A model generated the notes under the pieces. That model was not told where the DNA came from, searched no databases, and worked only from the letters and a program-made list of their open reading frames with translations. A stretch of DNA of 64,000 nucleotides from Alphaproteobacteria bacterium. GTDB taxonomy: Bacteria; Pseudomonadota; Alphaproteobacteria; UBA828. Positions 1-9,489 of this stretch are shown here, in pieces. Position 1 is the first letter of the stretch, and every line of letters begins with the position of its first letter. The position numbers and the translations under genes were made by a program. The stretch covers positions 64,001-128,000 of the forward strand of contig CAXXVO010000006.1 in NCBI GenBank assembly GCA_963422645.2, in the 5' to 3' direction.

Positions 1-1
1 C

Positions 2-475
2 GGGACCGCAGCAGCGTTGGTCTCGGTCGAGGCCGAGAGCGGCGAGTTCGACGTGGAGCGCTTCGTGATGGCGCACGACTGCGGCGTCGTGGTCAACCCG
101 CCGCTGGTGGAAGGCCAGGTGCGGGGCGGGCTGGTGCAGGGGCTGGGCGCGGCGCTGGCGGAGGAGCTTCGCTACGACGAAGGCACCGGCCAGCTCGTCA
201 GCGGCAGCATGCTGGACTACTTCGCGCCCACCATCATGGACGTGCCGCCGATCGACCTGCTGCACACCGAGCTCCCCTCCACGGTCACGCCCTTCGGCGT
301 GCGAGGCGTGGGCGAGGTCGGCACGATTCCGCCGGCCGCCGCCGTCACCAACGCCATCTGCGATGCGCTGGCGGACTACGGCGTCGAAATCTCGACCTTG
401 CCGCTCACGCCGGAGCGTGTCTGGCAGGCGCTGGCAGCGGCAAGAGGCGCCCGCGCGGGCCACGAGCCAGGATGA
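2..475 (+). CDS. Xanthine dehydrogenase/CoxL-family molybdopterin-binding subunit, C-terminal part (cut by window edge)
   Basis: HDCGVVVNP..VEGQVRGGLVQGLG..EEL.YD and RGVGEVG motifs typical of the Mo-hydroxylase large-subunit C-terminus. Confidence 0.9.
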   Translation, partial: GTAAALVSVEAESGEFDVERFVMAHDCGVVVNPPLVEGQVRGGLVQGLGAALAEELRYDEGTGQLVSGSMLDYFAPTIMDVPPIDLLHTELPSTVTPFGVRGVGEVGTIPPAAAVTNAICDALADYGVEISTLPLTPERVWQALAAARGARAGHEPG

Positions 476-485
476 GGTAGCCGAG

Positions 486-1160
486 ATGGAGTATCCCGCC
501 CGCGGGCGCTATGCCAACGCCGGCCTCTCGCCCTTGGAGGATGACGCGATGCAGTGGCTGGACGGCTTCTACCAGCTTGAGCATCTGATCGCGACGCGGA
601 TGTGGGCCATCAAGATCTGCCCGGAGGCCTCGCCCGAGCTCAAGTTCGCCGCGTTGACGCACGACGCCGAGCGCTTCTTCCCCGGCGGGCCTTCCAGCAC
701 GCCGACCAACGGCTTCGACGATCCCGACTACCTCTTCGCGCACTCCACCCGCTCGGCGAATATTGTCGAGGAATGGCTGCGCAGCCGCGCGCCGGCGCCG
801 GACGAGGCGTTCAACCGACGCGTGCGCCGGCTCATCCTGCGGCATGAGATAGGCGGCGGCTGGGAGGCCGACTTCGTGCAGGCGGCGGATTCGCTCTCGT
901 TCCTGGAGACCCTGGACTGGATTACCCTCGATTGGGTGCGGGAAGGCCGCTACACCACCGCGCAAGCACGGGAGAAGCTGGACTTCACCGTGGAGCGGAT
1001 CCGGCCCTCCATCGCCGTCGCCGCGGCGCTCCCGCTCTACGAGAGCGCCGTGCGCGCCCTGGACGCTGCCGAGGACTGCACCATGGACCTGCAACGGCGG
1101 CGCGAGCTGGCCGGCAGCCGGCGATTCCTGTTCGGGCTCCGGCAGTCTCAAACAGGATAA
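486..1160 (+). CDS. HD-domain (DUF4202-like) protein
   Basis: H...AALTHDAER...HS..SA...HE...ADSLSF pattern; ATG 486 follows GAGG just after the upstream stop. Confidence 0.65.
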   Translation: MEYPARGRYANAGLSPLEDDAMQWLDGFYQLEHLIATRMWAIKICPEASPELKFAALTHDAERFFPGGPSSTPTNGFDDPDYLFAHSTRSANIVEEWLRSRAPAPDEAFNRRVRRLILRHEIGGGWEADFVQAADSLSFLETLDWITLDWVREGRYTTAQAREKLDFTVERIRPSIAVAAALPLYESAVRALDAAEDCTMDLQRRRELAGSRRFLFGLRQSQTG

Positions 1161-1227
1161 CTCGGACCCGGATCAAACCGGCCAGCACTGTGTCTCACCG
1201 TAAATTCGGCATAGTCTGTGCGCCGCC

Positions 1228-2109
1228 ATGTATCCAGCGCCGATCGAGGCCTATTTCCTGCCGCGGACCATCGATGAGGCGCTGACCTGCCTCGCCCAGG
1301 CGGGGGACGGCGCCATGTTCATCGCCGGCGGCATGAGCCTGATGCAGGCGATGAAGGCGCGGCTGGCGACGCCGCATGCGCTCATTGACCTCAACGAGGT
1401 CGAGGCGCTCAGCGGCCTCGCCAAAGGGCCGCACGGCGTGACCGTGCGCCCCCTCACCCGCTACCGCGAGCTCACCGTGACCTCGGCCCTGCACGGCGCT
1501 CTGCACGCGATCGGCGATGCGGCGGCGACGGTGGGCGACCGCCAAGTGCGCAACGCCGGTACCATCGGCGGCAGCCTCTGCTGGAATTACGTCGCCTCGT
1601 GCCTGCCCAATGTCTGCCTCTGCCTCGACGCCACGCTTGTTCTCGCCTCGCTGAAGGGTGGTGAGAGAAGCGTGCCCATCGACGAGTTCCTGATCGGGCC
1701 GCTCGAAACCGCGCGGCAGGACGACGAGCTCCTGATTGAGATCAATTTCCCCTCCGCGCCGTATCGCGGCGCCGGCAGCGCCTACAGAAAATACGGCGCG
1801 ACGGTGGACGGACTGCCGATCGTCGGCATTGCCGCCTCCATTGAGGTCGACGAGGCTGGGGATTGCACGGACGCGCGCCTCAGCGTCGGCGGAATTCTGC
1901 CGACCGCCCAGCGATTCGATGGCGTGAGCGACCTTCTGTGCGGCCGGCCGGCGACGCCCGAGGCCTTCGCCGAGGCGGCGGGCGCGGCAGCCGATGCCAT
2001 CGAGACGCAGACCGACACTCTCGCCAGCGCCCACTATCGCAAGGTGCTCATCCGCACGCTCGGTCGCGATGTGCTGACCCTGGCCCATGCCCGCGCGACG
2101 GGAGGGTAA
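1228..2109 (+). CDS. Mo-hydroxylase FAD-binding (CoxM-like) subunit
   Basis: AGGMSL and QVRNAGTIGGS FAD-binding motifs. Confidence 0.9.
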   Translation: MYPAPIEAYFLPRTIDEALTCLAQAGDGAMFIAGGMSLMQAMKARLATPHALIDLNEVEALSGLAKGPHGVTVRPLTRYRELTVTSALHGALHAIGDAAATVGDRQVRNAGTIGGSLCWNYVASCLPNVCLCLDATLVLASLKGGERSVPIDEFLIGPLETARQDDELLIEINFPSAPYRGAGSAYRKYGATVDGLPIVGIAASIEVDEAGDCTDARLSVGGILPTAQRFDGVSDLLCGRPATPEAFAEAAGAAADAIETQTDTLASAHYRKVLIRTLGRDVLTLAHARATGG

Positions 2110-2113
2110 CGCC

Positions 2114-2629
2114 GTGGAGAAGACGATCACCGTCACCGTCAACGGCAGGGCGTATACGCGAGAAGTGCCGCTCCGCCTCCTCCTCGTCGATTTCATCCGC
2201 GACGAGTGCGGCCTCACCGGCACGCATATCGGTTGCACCTACGAAGGGCGCTGCGGGGCCTGCACGGTGCAGATCGACGGACGCGCCAACAAGTCCTGCA
2301 TGAAGCTCGCGGTGCAGGCCGACGGCAGGGAGATCACCACCATCGAGGGGCTCGGCACCGCTGACAAGCTGCACCGTTTGCAGCAGACGTTCCGCCGCTA
2401 TCACGCGCTGCAGTGCGGATTCTGCACGAGCGGGATTCTGATGAACGCGGCCGACTTCCTGGACGAGAACATCAACCCGACCGAGGACGAGGTGCGCCGC
2501 ACGCTGGTTGGAAACCTGTGCCGCTGCACCGGGTACAGCCACATCGTCGAGGCGATCCTCGCGGCCTCCGCCATGCGTCACGGGCTGAACCCCGAAGCGC
2601 CGCCGGCAGAAACCGAGACCGGGCCATGA
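2114..2629 (+). CDS. Mo-hydroxylase 2x[2Fe-2S] (CoxS-like) subunit
   Basis: GCTYEGRCGAC...SC and QCGFC...NLCRCTGY motifs; GTG start after GGAGG. Confidence 0.92.
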   Translation: MEKTITVTVNGRAYTREVPLRLLLVDFIRDECGLTGTHIGCTYEGRCGACTVQIDGRANKSCMKLAVQADGREITTIEGLGTADKLHRLQQTFRRYHALQCGFCTSGILMNAADFLDENINPTEDEVRRTLVGNLCRCTGYSHIVEAILAASAMRHGLNPEAPPAETETGP

Positions 2630-5100
2630 CCGCGACCGCGACCGGCGAGACACGCTGGATCGGCCGCTCGCTGAGGCGCCGCGAGGATGCCCGCCTACTC
2701 ACCGGTCGGGGCGAATTCCTGGCCGATGTGCGCGTCCCCGACTGCCTGCATCTCTGCTTCGTCCGCTCGAGCCATGCGCATGCCAGGATCAGAGACATCC
2801 GGCTCGAGACGGCGCTGGCAATGCCTGGCGTGGTGGGCGCCATCACCGGGGCCGAGCTCGCGACGGAGATGCAGGGCCAGAGGATTCCGGTGCTGATCCC
2901 CGCTTTTGCCGCCAAGTACCGGCAGTACTGGCCGCTCGCGGTGGACGAGGTGTACTGGCACGGCGAGCCGCTCGCCGCGGTCGTGGCCCAAGACAAGTAT
3001 CTCGCCGAGGACGCCGCCGCCGCGGTGGAGGTCGATTACGAGGAATTGCCCGTGATCACCGACGCCGAGGCGGCGCTCTGCGACGACTCTCCGCGCGTCT
3101 ACGACGACTGGGACGACAACGAGATCTTCGCGACGAGCTTCACCGGCGGCTTCGAAGCGGATCGAATCGCCAGGAACGACGCTGAGGTCGAGGCGTTGTT
3201 CGCGCAAGCCCACGTGGTGCTCAAGCAGCGCTTCCGCACCCAGCGCTGCGGCGTCTGCCCGATCGAGACCCGGGGGGCGCTTGCACTCTGGAGCGAGACC
3301 GACGGGCTCACCGTCCACCTCACGACCCAGCGCCCCCACATCGAACGCCTCGCGCTCGCCGACCTGCTCGAGCTTTCGACCGCCGAGGTCCGGGTCGTCG
3401 CGCCGCGCGATCAGGGCGGCGGCTTTGGCGTCAAGGCGCCCTTCTACCGCGAGCATGTCGTGGTCTGTCATCTCGCGCGCAAGCTCGGGCGCCCGGTGCG
3501 CTGGATCGAGACCCGCGAGGAGCACCTGATGACGGTCAGTCAGGAGCGCGATCAGATCCACGATCTCGAAATCGCGGCGGACAACGAGGGACGCATCCTC
3601 GCGCTCCGCAATCGCGGCATCGGCGACGTGGGCGATGGCCGTCAGGGGGTCTATTGGGGCTTCGTCATGCCCTCGCTGGGCTCGGTGATGCTGCCCAACG
3701 CCTATGCGATCGGCCATGCGGACATCAAGCTGCGCTGTGCCGTCACCAACAAGACCTGCCTCAGCCCGTCCCGCTCGTTCGGGGCCTTTCCGACACGCTT
3801 CGCGCTCGAACGCGGCCTCGACATGCTGGCGCGCAGGCTCGGCATGGAGACGGCTGCGCTGAAGCGCAGGAACCTGGTCACCGACTTTCCCTTCACCAGC
3901 GTGACCGGGGTTCATCACGACAGCGGCGACTACGTGAAGGCGTGGGACGCGCTGATCGACAGGGTCGATCTCGCCGGCTTTCGCGCGCAGCAGGCCGACG
4001 CCCGCGCCTCCGGCCGCTATCTCGGGATCGGCTTCGCCTGCGGTGCCGAGTTCTCCGGCATCCCCTCCGACGTGCTCGTGCCGCTCGAGAACCAGCCCGG
4101 CTACGGCGTCGTCACCATGCGCATCGACCCGCGCGGCAAGGTCGCCATCCATGAGGGCGACGCGCCGCAGGGGCAGAGCCACGAGACCACGATGGCACAG
4201 GTCGCCGCCGAGATATTCGGCATTCACCCGGATGACGTCAGCGTCCACCACGGCGACACCGGCACCACGCCGCTCAGCTCGGGCACGGTCGGCGCGCGCG
4301 GCGCGTCCTACACCGTTGCCGCCATCGCCGAAGCTGCGACCGCACTCAAGGCCAAGATGGCACGCTACATGAGCCACGATCACGGGCTGGAGGGTGCAGA
4401 CCCCGCCGATTTCAGCTTCCGGGGCGGCGCAGTCATTTACGAGAAGGACGGCAACATCCGGCGCGCGTTCGGCGCGCTCGCGGATCGCATCGTGATGGGC
4501 TCGATCAACCTGCCGCCCGGCGAGAGTCCGGGGCTCGAGCACACGGCCTATTTCGAGGCCCCCAAGCCGATGATCTGCTTCACGGCGCAGGCCGCCAAGG
4601 TCGAGGTCGACATCGAAACCGGGCAGTTCACCATCCTCGACTACGCCACCTGCGAAGACGTCGGCACGGTCATCAACCCGATCGTCGTCGAGGGCCAGGT
4701 TCAAGGCGGCGTGGTGCAAGGCATGTCGAACGCGATGTTCGAGGAGTTCCTTTACGACGAGAACGGCCAGCAACTGACTGCGGACTTCGAGAACTACCGC
4801 CTCGCCTCCGCGGCGGATGTCCCGAATGTGACGGTAGGCCATGCGCCGACGCCCTGCCCGGACCATCCGCTCGGCGTTCGCGCAGTCGGCGAAGGCCGGC
4901 CGGGGCCAGTGCCGGGTGCGCTCGCCAACGCCATCTGCGACGCCCTCGCGCCTTTCGGCGTCGAGATCACGACACTTCCCCTCAAGCCCGAGATGATCCT
5001 GGCGCTGATCGAGGCCGGCCGCATCCACTTCACCTCGGCTTACCCCGACGACGCCCTCTTCCGCCAGCTCGCAGGACGTCTCGCCGCAGCAGGCCCGTGA
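2626..5100 (+). CDS. Second xanthine dehydrogenase-family molybdopterin-binding large subunit (C-terminus probably IS-derived)
   Basis: RREDARLLTGRG, GGGFGVK, QGQSHETT, VGEG motifs; ATGA overlap with small subunit. Confidence 0.9.
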   Translation: MTATATGETRWIGRSLRRREDARLLTGRGEFLADVRVPDCLHLCFVRSSHAHARIRDIRLETALAMPGVVGAITGAELATEMQGQRIPVLIPAFAAKYRQYWPLAVDEVYWHGEPLAAVVAQDKYLAEDAAAAVEVDYEELPVITDAEAALCDDSPRVYDDWDDNEIFATSFTGGFEADRIARNDAEVEALFAQAHVVLKQRFRTQRCGVCPIETRGALALWSETDGLTVHLTTQRPHIERLALADLLELSTAEVRVVAPRDQGGGFGVKAPFYREHVVVCHLARKLGRPVRWIETREEHLMTVSQERDQIHDLEIAADNEGRILALRNRGIGDVGDGRQGVYWGFVMPSLGSVMLPNAYAIGHADIKLRCAVTNKTCLSPSRSFGAFPTRFALERGLDMLARRLGMETAALKRRNLVTDFPFTSVTGVHHDSGDYVKAWDALIDRVDLAGFRAQQADARASGRYLGIGFACGAEFSGIPSDVLVPLENQPGYGVVTMRIDPRGKVAIHEGDAPQGQSHETTMAQVAAEIFGIHPDDVSVHHGDTGTTPLSSGTVGARGASYTVAAIAEAATALKAKMARYMSHDHGLEGADPADFSFRGGAVIYEKDGNIRRAFGALADRIVMGSINLPPGESPGLEHTAYFEAPKPMICFTAQAAKVEVDIETGQFTILDYATCEDVGTVINPIVVEGQVQGGVVQGMSNAMFEEFLYDENGQQLTADFENYRLASAADVPNVTVGHAPTPCPDHPLGVRAVGEGRPGPVPGALANAICDALAPFGVEITTLPLKPEMILALIEAGRIHFTSAYPDDALFRQLAGRLAAAGP

Positions 5101-5254
5101 GCGCCCGGGCGACGTGCCCCGAAAACCCAAGCTCGTTCAACCCTCAACCCAATGGCGACCATCCCAAGATCCCGGCGCCAAACGGCGGCGCAGGACAACA
5201 GGCGCCGTCAACCAAAGGTCACATGCCAAACAGTCCGCGAATTGGTCGGGCTAG
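5020..5254 (+). mobile_element. Probable IS1380-family 3' remnant (transposase tail plus right end)
   Basis: RIHFTSAYPDDALFRQLAGRLAAAGP* resembles alphaproteobacterial IS1380 transposase C-termini; segment ends GAATTGGTCGGGCTAG (recognised from memory). Confidence 0.55.
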
Positions 5255-5440
5255 ACCACAGGAGGCACGGCAGAAATAGCGACGAGCGTCATGCGAGCGG
5301 TCGACAGTAGTTGGCGCGGGGGCTCGTGCCCATATGCGCCTCAGCTCGTTGGTCGAGCTGAAACCATGCAGGCAAGGGCTCGACGCAGACAGTTGGTCCG
5401 CAGCAAAGGCAAGCTCAAGTCTTCGCGCTTCAGCGGCTCC

Positions 5441-5953
5441 CTATCGCGAGGTGTGTTTTTCGTCGGGAAGGAGCAGCAGCAGAGATTGAATTATTTCGGC
5501 GACAAATTCGGCGCGGCCGCTGACCCCGGCCTTCGCATAGATGGCGGTGGCCTGTAGCCGGGTGGTGTTTTCCTTCACCCCACGCGCCTCGGCGATTTCG
5601 GCGAAGCGATATCCCTTGATGATGAGCCAGGCGACGTCCTTCTCGCTGCTTGTCATGCGCCATTCGTCCATCAGCTCGGCGATGCTGTCAGCAAGTCCCT
5701 GGGAAACCACCTTGTTCCGTTTCTCTTCCACGTCCAGCCGAGTGCGCAGTCGCCCCAGATCACGTGCATTGAGAAGAAGTGCCATCGTCACGCCAAGAAA
5801 AATTATCAACTCCATAATGAAATGGGTCGTACCTAATTCGTCTTCTATTACGATGTCTACAATAAGATCATACAAGAAGAACAGTATGGCCAACGTCAGC
5901 GCCGCTAAAGCAAGCAATCGTTGTTGGATGATCTTTCTCGATGTTTCCCGCAT
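5441..5953 (-). CDS. Membrane-anchored LuxR-type HTH regulator
   Basis: Two N-terminal hydrophobic helices, then MTSSEKDVAWLIIKG..FAEIAEARGVKENT.R.Q...IYAK LuxR HTH. Confidence 0.8.
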   Translation of the reverse strand: MRETSRKIIQQRLLALAALTLAILFFLYDLIVDIVIEDELGTTHFIMELIIFLGVTMALLLNARDLGRLRTRLDVEEKRNKVVSQGLADSIAELMDEWRMTSSEKDVAWLIIKGYRFAEIAEARGVKENTTRLQATAIYAKAGVSGRAEFVAEIIQSLLLLLPDEKHTSR

Positions 5954-6250
5954 TTGACCGGTAATCCTCCGTAGCGGGCCACTATCACCTGCGGGCCCTC
6001 GATCATTCTCACCGCCCGCGGTCCCAAATCCGACGCTGCCCGCGGCAAGGGTGCACCGGAGCGCGGCTCGTGGCGAGCGGGGTGACGGCCACGCCCATGG
6101 CACCGCGGTTCATATAACAGACCACAGGGCCCCCATTTATATAGCAATGGACCTACGTGGGGCGCCTCTCCCTATAACAAACCAGTCTAGTGGCCGTTCC
6201 AGCAAGCGGTTTGACTTGGCGTCCAGTCCAAATCGAAGGGGACGGTCGCC

Positions 6251-6973
6251 ATGAAGCCGCACGCCGCCATCCACCACGTGAGCCATCGATTCCACCGCGA
6301 CCCCTCCCAGGTATCGTCCCGGTGGTTCCAAATCTCCCGCTGGCACACGGAATTCCGCATTCGAGCGGCGACAAGGCTCGGCACCCTCCTCGGGTCCGTG
6401 TCGATGCTGACTCTCGAGATGCTGGCGAGGTCGGGGCAGCGATGGTCACGGTTCGCCAATCCGAAACTCGTCGCAGCTCTCACCTGTGTTGCGTTCCTTC
6501 TGAACGCGTGCGGCGGCGGTGGCGGCAGCAAAGAGCTGGCTGTCCTCCACGGGCAGGATGCGCGCCTTCAAACCGGGGCAAGTGAGCTTGCAGAAGGCGG
6601 GGACGGCGACGGAGATGGGGACGGCGATATTGGCGCGCCCAATGCGCTTGGCGTAAAAGGAAATGCTCTGACGCTCAGTAAACAGGTGAGCATCGTCACC
6701 GAAACGGACACGCCGACGCTAAGTACGGATGGGAGCGTCGGCAACGAAGGAACAACGAGCTATCAGGTCATCAACTTGGAGGGCCGCTACCCTGGGACCT
6801 TCTCCGGCGCACGCGTACAGCACTCATTCGACGATTGGGGCTACTGGGCAACGCAGGGCTTCGAGACGCTGTTCAAGGCATACAATAGCGGCAGCGTAGA
6901 GAACGGCTCGTTCTACACCCTGCACATCGAAGGCATTCCGACCGGCAATAATCCGGTCAGTGGCTCCTTAGTC
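6251..6973 (+). pseudogene. Secreted lipoprotein, 3'-truncated by IS-A
   Basis: Lipobox LLNA-C followed by GGGGGS; frame runs into the IS-A IR at 6974; true start may lie nearer 6400; remainder not found beyond the dimer. Confidence 0.6.
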
Positions 6974-9331
6974 TCAGACTTCCTGACCTCTGCTGATTTT
7001 AGGTGACACGAGCCGCGCGGATTCCGAGGCCCCGTCGATGTCGTAGACTATGCGCAGACGGGTGCCGGGGAAGACCGTTTCGGTGGCGTTCAGGTCGCTC
7101 AGAACCGCATCGATCCAACGGTCGCAGGCGTCGTTTGCGAGGCCAAGAATGTGGACCCGCAGGAGGCCATTGCCAGGATCCGGCAGGATGTCGGCATCGG
7201 CGGTGAGCAGCGCTTGAAGCAGTTTCCGGGGATGGGGCTTGTGGCCCTGCGCCTGCATGACGGGAAGCATCATGCGGGTTTCGGCGCGGTAGGCGATCAT
7301 CCGGATGACGTCGAGGAGGAGGCGCTCGCGCGCGGGCAAGGCATCGAGCTGCTCGGCTTCGTCGAGGTCGCCGGCCCGGCAGTGCTTGGGCGTCTCCCTG
7401 CGGCTGGCCCTGACGATGTCGCGGACATCCTGGAGGTCCCTGACTTCCCTCCTGAGTTCCGCCGTCGGCTGCTTCTTCCGGGCCGTGTCGGCGATGCGGT
7501 TGCGCAGGCGGCCAAGCTGGCGGTCGAGGCGATGGATTGCCTTGTCATAGGCCCGCCGCAGCGGGTTGACGACCATGGCGGCGGGATCGAGAGGCTCGAG
7601 CTCGTGGGTCGGCAGGGCGTCGAGATTGAACTCGTCACGCATGTACTTGAAGAAGTTCTCCTGCGACCAGCGCGAGAACATGGCGCCCGCAACCTCAGCC
7701 ATCGGCTTGTGCGGATCGGTGGTGATCAGCGGCACCTGACGGCCGTTGTCGAGCAGGCGGCGGATCTGGCGCACCCTGAAGCCGTTCGGCAACGTCACCG
7801 GCTTCTCAGCCAGCCGCATGGTGGCGCTGCCGTCCGCCGCCGGTCCGTGAATGGGAACGGTCATCGCGCCGAAGTCCTCGGCCGGCCAGTCCTCGCCCCT
7901 GAAGTTCTTGTGCCAGGTCAGGCAGGCGACGCCGCGCCTCGCCAGCCGGCGGAACAGATCCGGGCTCCAGCCCTCGCGGTCGAAGACCAGGGTGAGCGCC
8001 GGCTGGCCGGGATGCTCGGCGGTCAGGTCCGGCGCCCCGGCGCCAACGATCCCAAGCTCCTGCAGCGCCGGCACCACGTCGGCTTCGATGGCCGCGACCA
8101 TCTTCGGGTCCAGCGGCTTGTGCAGACAGAGCAGCGGCTTGCCGCCCAGAGCGTTGATCCAGTAGCTGGCGCTCGCCGGCAGGCACAGCTTCTCGCGCGA
8201 GACGAAGTGCTTGGGCAAGCGCCCCTTGCGGCCGGAGTAGACCTTGACGTGCCCGTCGATGGCCAGCGTCGCCCAGAGCTCCGGCTCGTCGGCCTGCCAG
8301 CGCCTGGCAAGGGCGAGCTGCCACGCCCGCACGCCGGCCTCGTCGTCGGCGATGAGAGCGATCTTGCGGCGCAGCGTCTTGACCTCGGGGCAGCGATCGA
8401 GGCCGAGAATGGCGCCCCATTCGCCCGGCGCCTGGTAGCGCAGGCTCTCGGGGTTGCGCACCCGCGCCAAGGTCATGAAGGCCAGGAAGAGCAGGATCGT
8501 AGGCAAGCCGTAATAGCCCTTCGGCAGCAATGGCAGGAGACCGGTCTCGGAGAGAAGACCTTCCTTCAGCAGGGCCGGCAGGGCGGCGAGCACGCCGCCG
8601 AAGCGGACACCGCGGGCGGCGGCGGCGAACTGCGGTTCGACCGGCCCCGCCTGTCCACAACTGGCCAGAACCCGAGCCGGAACATCGCAAGTCGCACGCC
8701 CCATCGGCGCCTGCCGGTCCCGCCGATCGCGCGCGCTGCGATCCGTTTGCGGCTGCGCTTCCAGCCCCGGCGCCGTCTCCGGCCCCGGGGCACCGGTACT
8801 CTCTTCATCGACACGGCCTTCAGGAGCCGCACCCGCGTCAGGCGGCGCAGCCAGCGCTGAGCGTCCGGGCTCCCCATCCGCCTCCGTGTTGCCGATCAGT
8901 CCCTGACGGCGCCACTTGTTGACCGATGGCGCTGACACGCCGAGAACCCGGGCCGCCGCAGAGCCGCTCAGGCCCGATGCCAGCAACGCCGTCGCCTTCT
9001 CCGCCAACTCCGGAGTGAACACCGACGGCCCGCGACCGCGCCGGGGCTTCATGAACCCCGCTTCGCCCTCGGCCAGGTAGCGCCGTCGTGCGCGCTGCAC
9101 CGTCGCGCGCGAGACAGCGAAAGCGTCAGCCAGTTCCTGCGGCGAGACCGCGCTGATCGCCGCGAGGCGGCCGATCCGCAAGAGCATGGCCGTGCGGTCA
9201 TCGGCGGCGTGGCTGTCAAAGGGAATGAGGTTGGAAAAGTAGGTGAAGGTGTCGTCCGAGATCAGGACGGCGAAGCAGCTGTTGCCGATCGAGACCGCCT
9301 CTGGAGGGCACATTGGGAGGGTACTGGGCAT
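6974..9331 (-). CDS. IS-A transposase, 785 aa (HTH plus DDE)
   Basis: N-terminal HTHs; IDGH / FDREG / RWSQENFF catalytic-like motifs; TGA stop is the last 3 nt of the element. Confidence 0.9.
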   Translation of the reverse strand: MPSTLPMCPPEAVSIGNSCFAVLISDDTFTYFSNLIPFDSHAADDRTAMLLRIGRLAAISAVSPQELADAFAVSRATVQRARRRYLAEGEAGFMKPRRGRGPSVFTPELAEKATALLASGLSGSAAARVLGVSAPSVNKWRRQGLIGNTEADGEPGRSALAAPPDAGAAPEGRVDEESTGAPGPETAPGLEAQPQTDRSARDRRDRQAPMGRATCDVPARVLASCGQAGPVEPQFAAAARGVRFGGVLAALPALLKEGLLSETGLLPLLPKGYYGLPTILLFLAFMTLARVRNPESLRYQAPGEWGAILGLDRCPEVKTLRRKIALIADDEAGVRAWQLALARRWQADEPELWATLAIDGHVKVYSGRKGRLPKHFVSREKLCLPASASYWINALGGKPLLCLHKPLDPKMVAAIEADVVPALQELGIVGAGAPDLTAEHPGQPALTLVFDREGWSPDLFRRLARRGVACLTWHKNFRGEDWPAEDFGAMTVPIHGPAADGSATMRLAEKPVTLPNGFRVRQIRRLLDNGRQVPLITTDPHKPMAEVAGAMFSRWSQENFFKYMRDEFNLDALPTHELEPLDPAAMVVNPLRRAYDKAIHRLDRQLGRLRNRIADTARKKQPTAELRREVRDLQDVRDIVRASRRETPKHCRAGDLDEAEQLDALPARERLLLDVIRMIAYRAETRMMLPVMQAQGHKPHPRKLLQALLTADADILPDPGNGLLRVHILGLANDACDRWIDAVLSDLNATETVFPGTRLRIVYDIDGASESARLVSPKISRGQEV

Positions 9332-9486
9332 GGTTGAGACCGTGCAATTGGTATCAAATTATAATATCAGACCTCGGGCGCGACACCCAGCGAAAAACCG
9401 CCTGAAACAACCGAAATGTATCAGAATTCAAGGAGTTCCCGGCACGCTGCCCAGAACAGCCAGCATCACGAGGTCAGGAAGTCTGA
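6974..9486 (-). mobile_element. IS-A copy 1 (2513 bp)
   Basis: Perfect 17-bp IR TCAGACTTCCTGACCTC at both ends; flanked by GTC (6971-6973) and GTC (9487-9489). Confidence 0.95.
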
Positions 9487-9489
9487 GTC

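Noticed and set aside
2626-5100. Aerobic CO dehydrogenase (coxMSL)
   Set aside because: Active-site loop lacks AYRCSFR/AYRGAGR and no coxDEFG follows.
7151-8860. 569-aa antisense ORF in IS-A, and similar long shadow ORFs (2695-5130, 53474-55426)
   Set aside because: Expected from high-GC codon bias opposite real genes; no recognisable motifs; recurrence only reflects IS copy identity.
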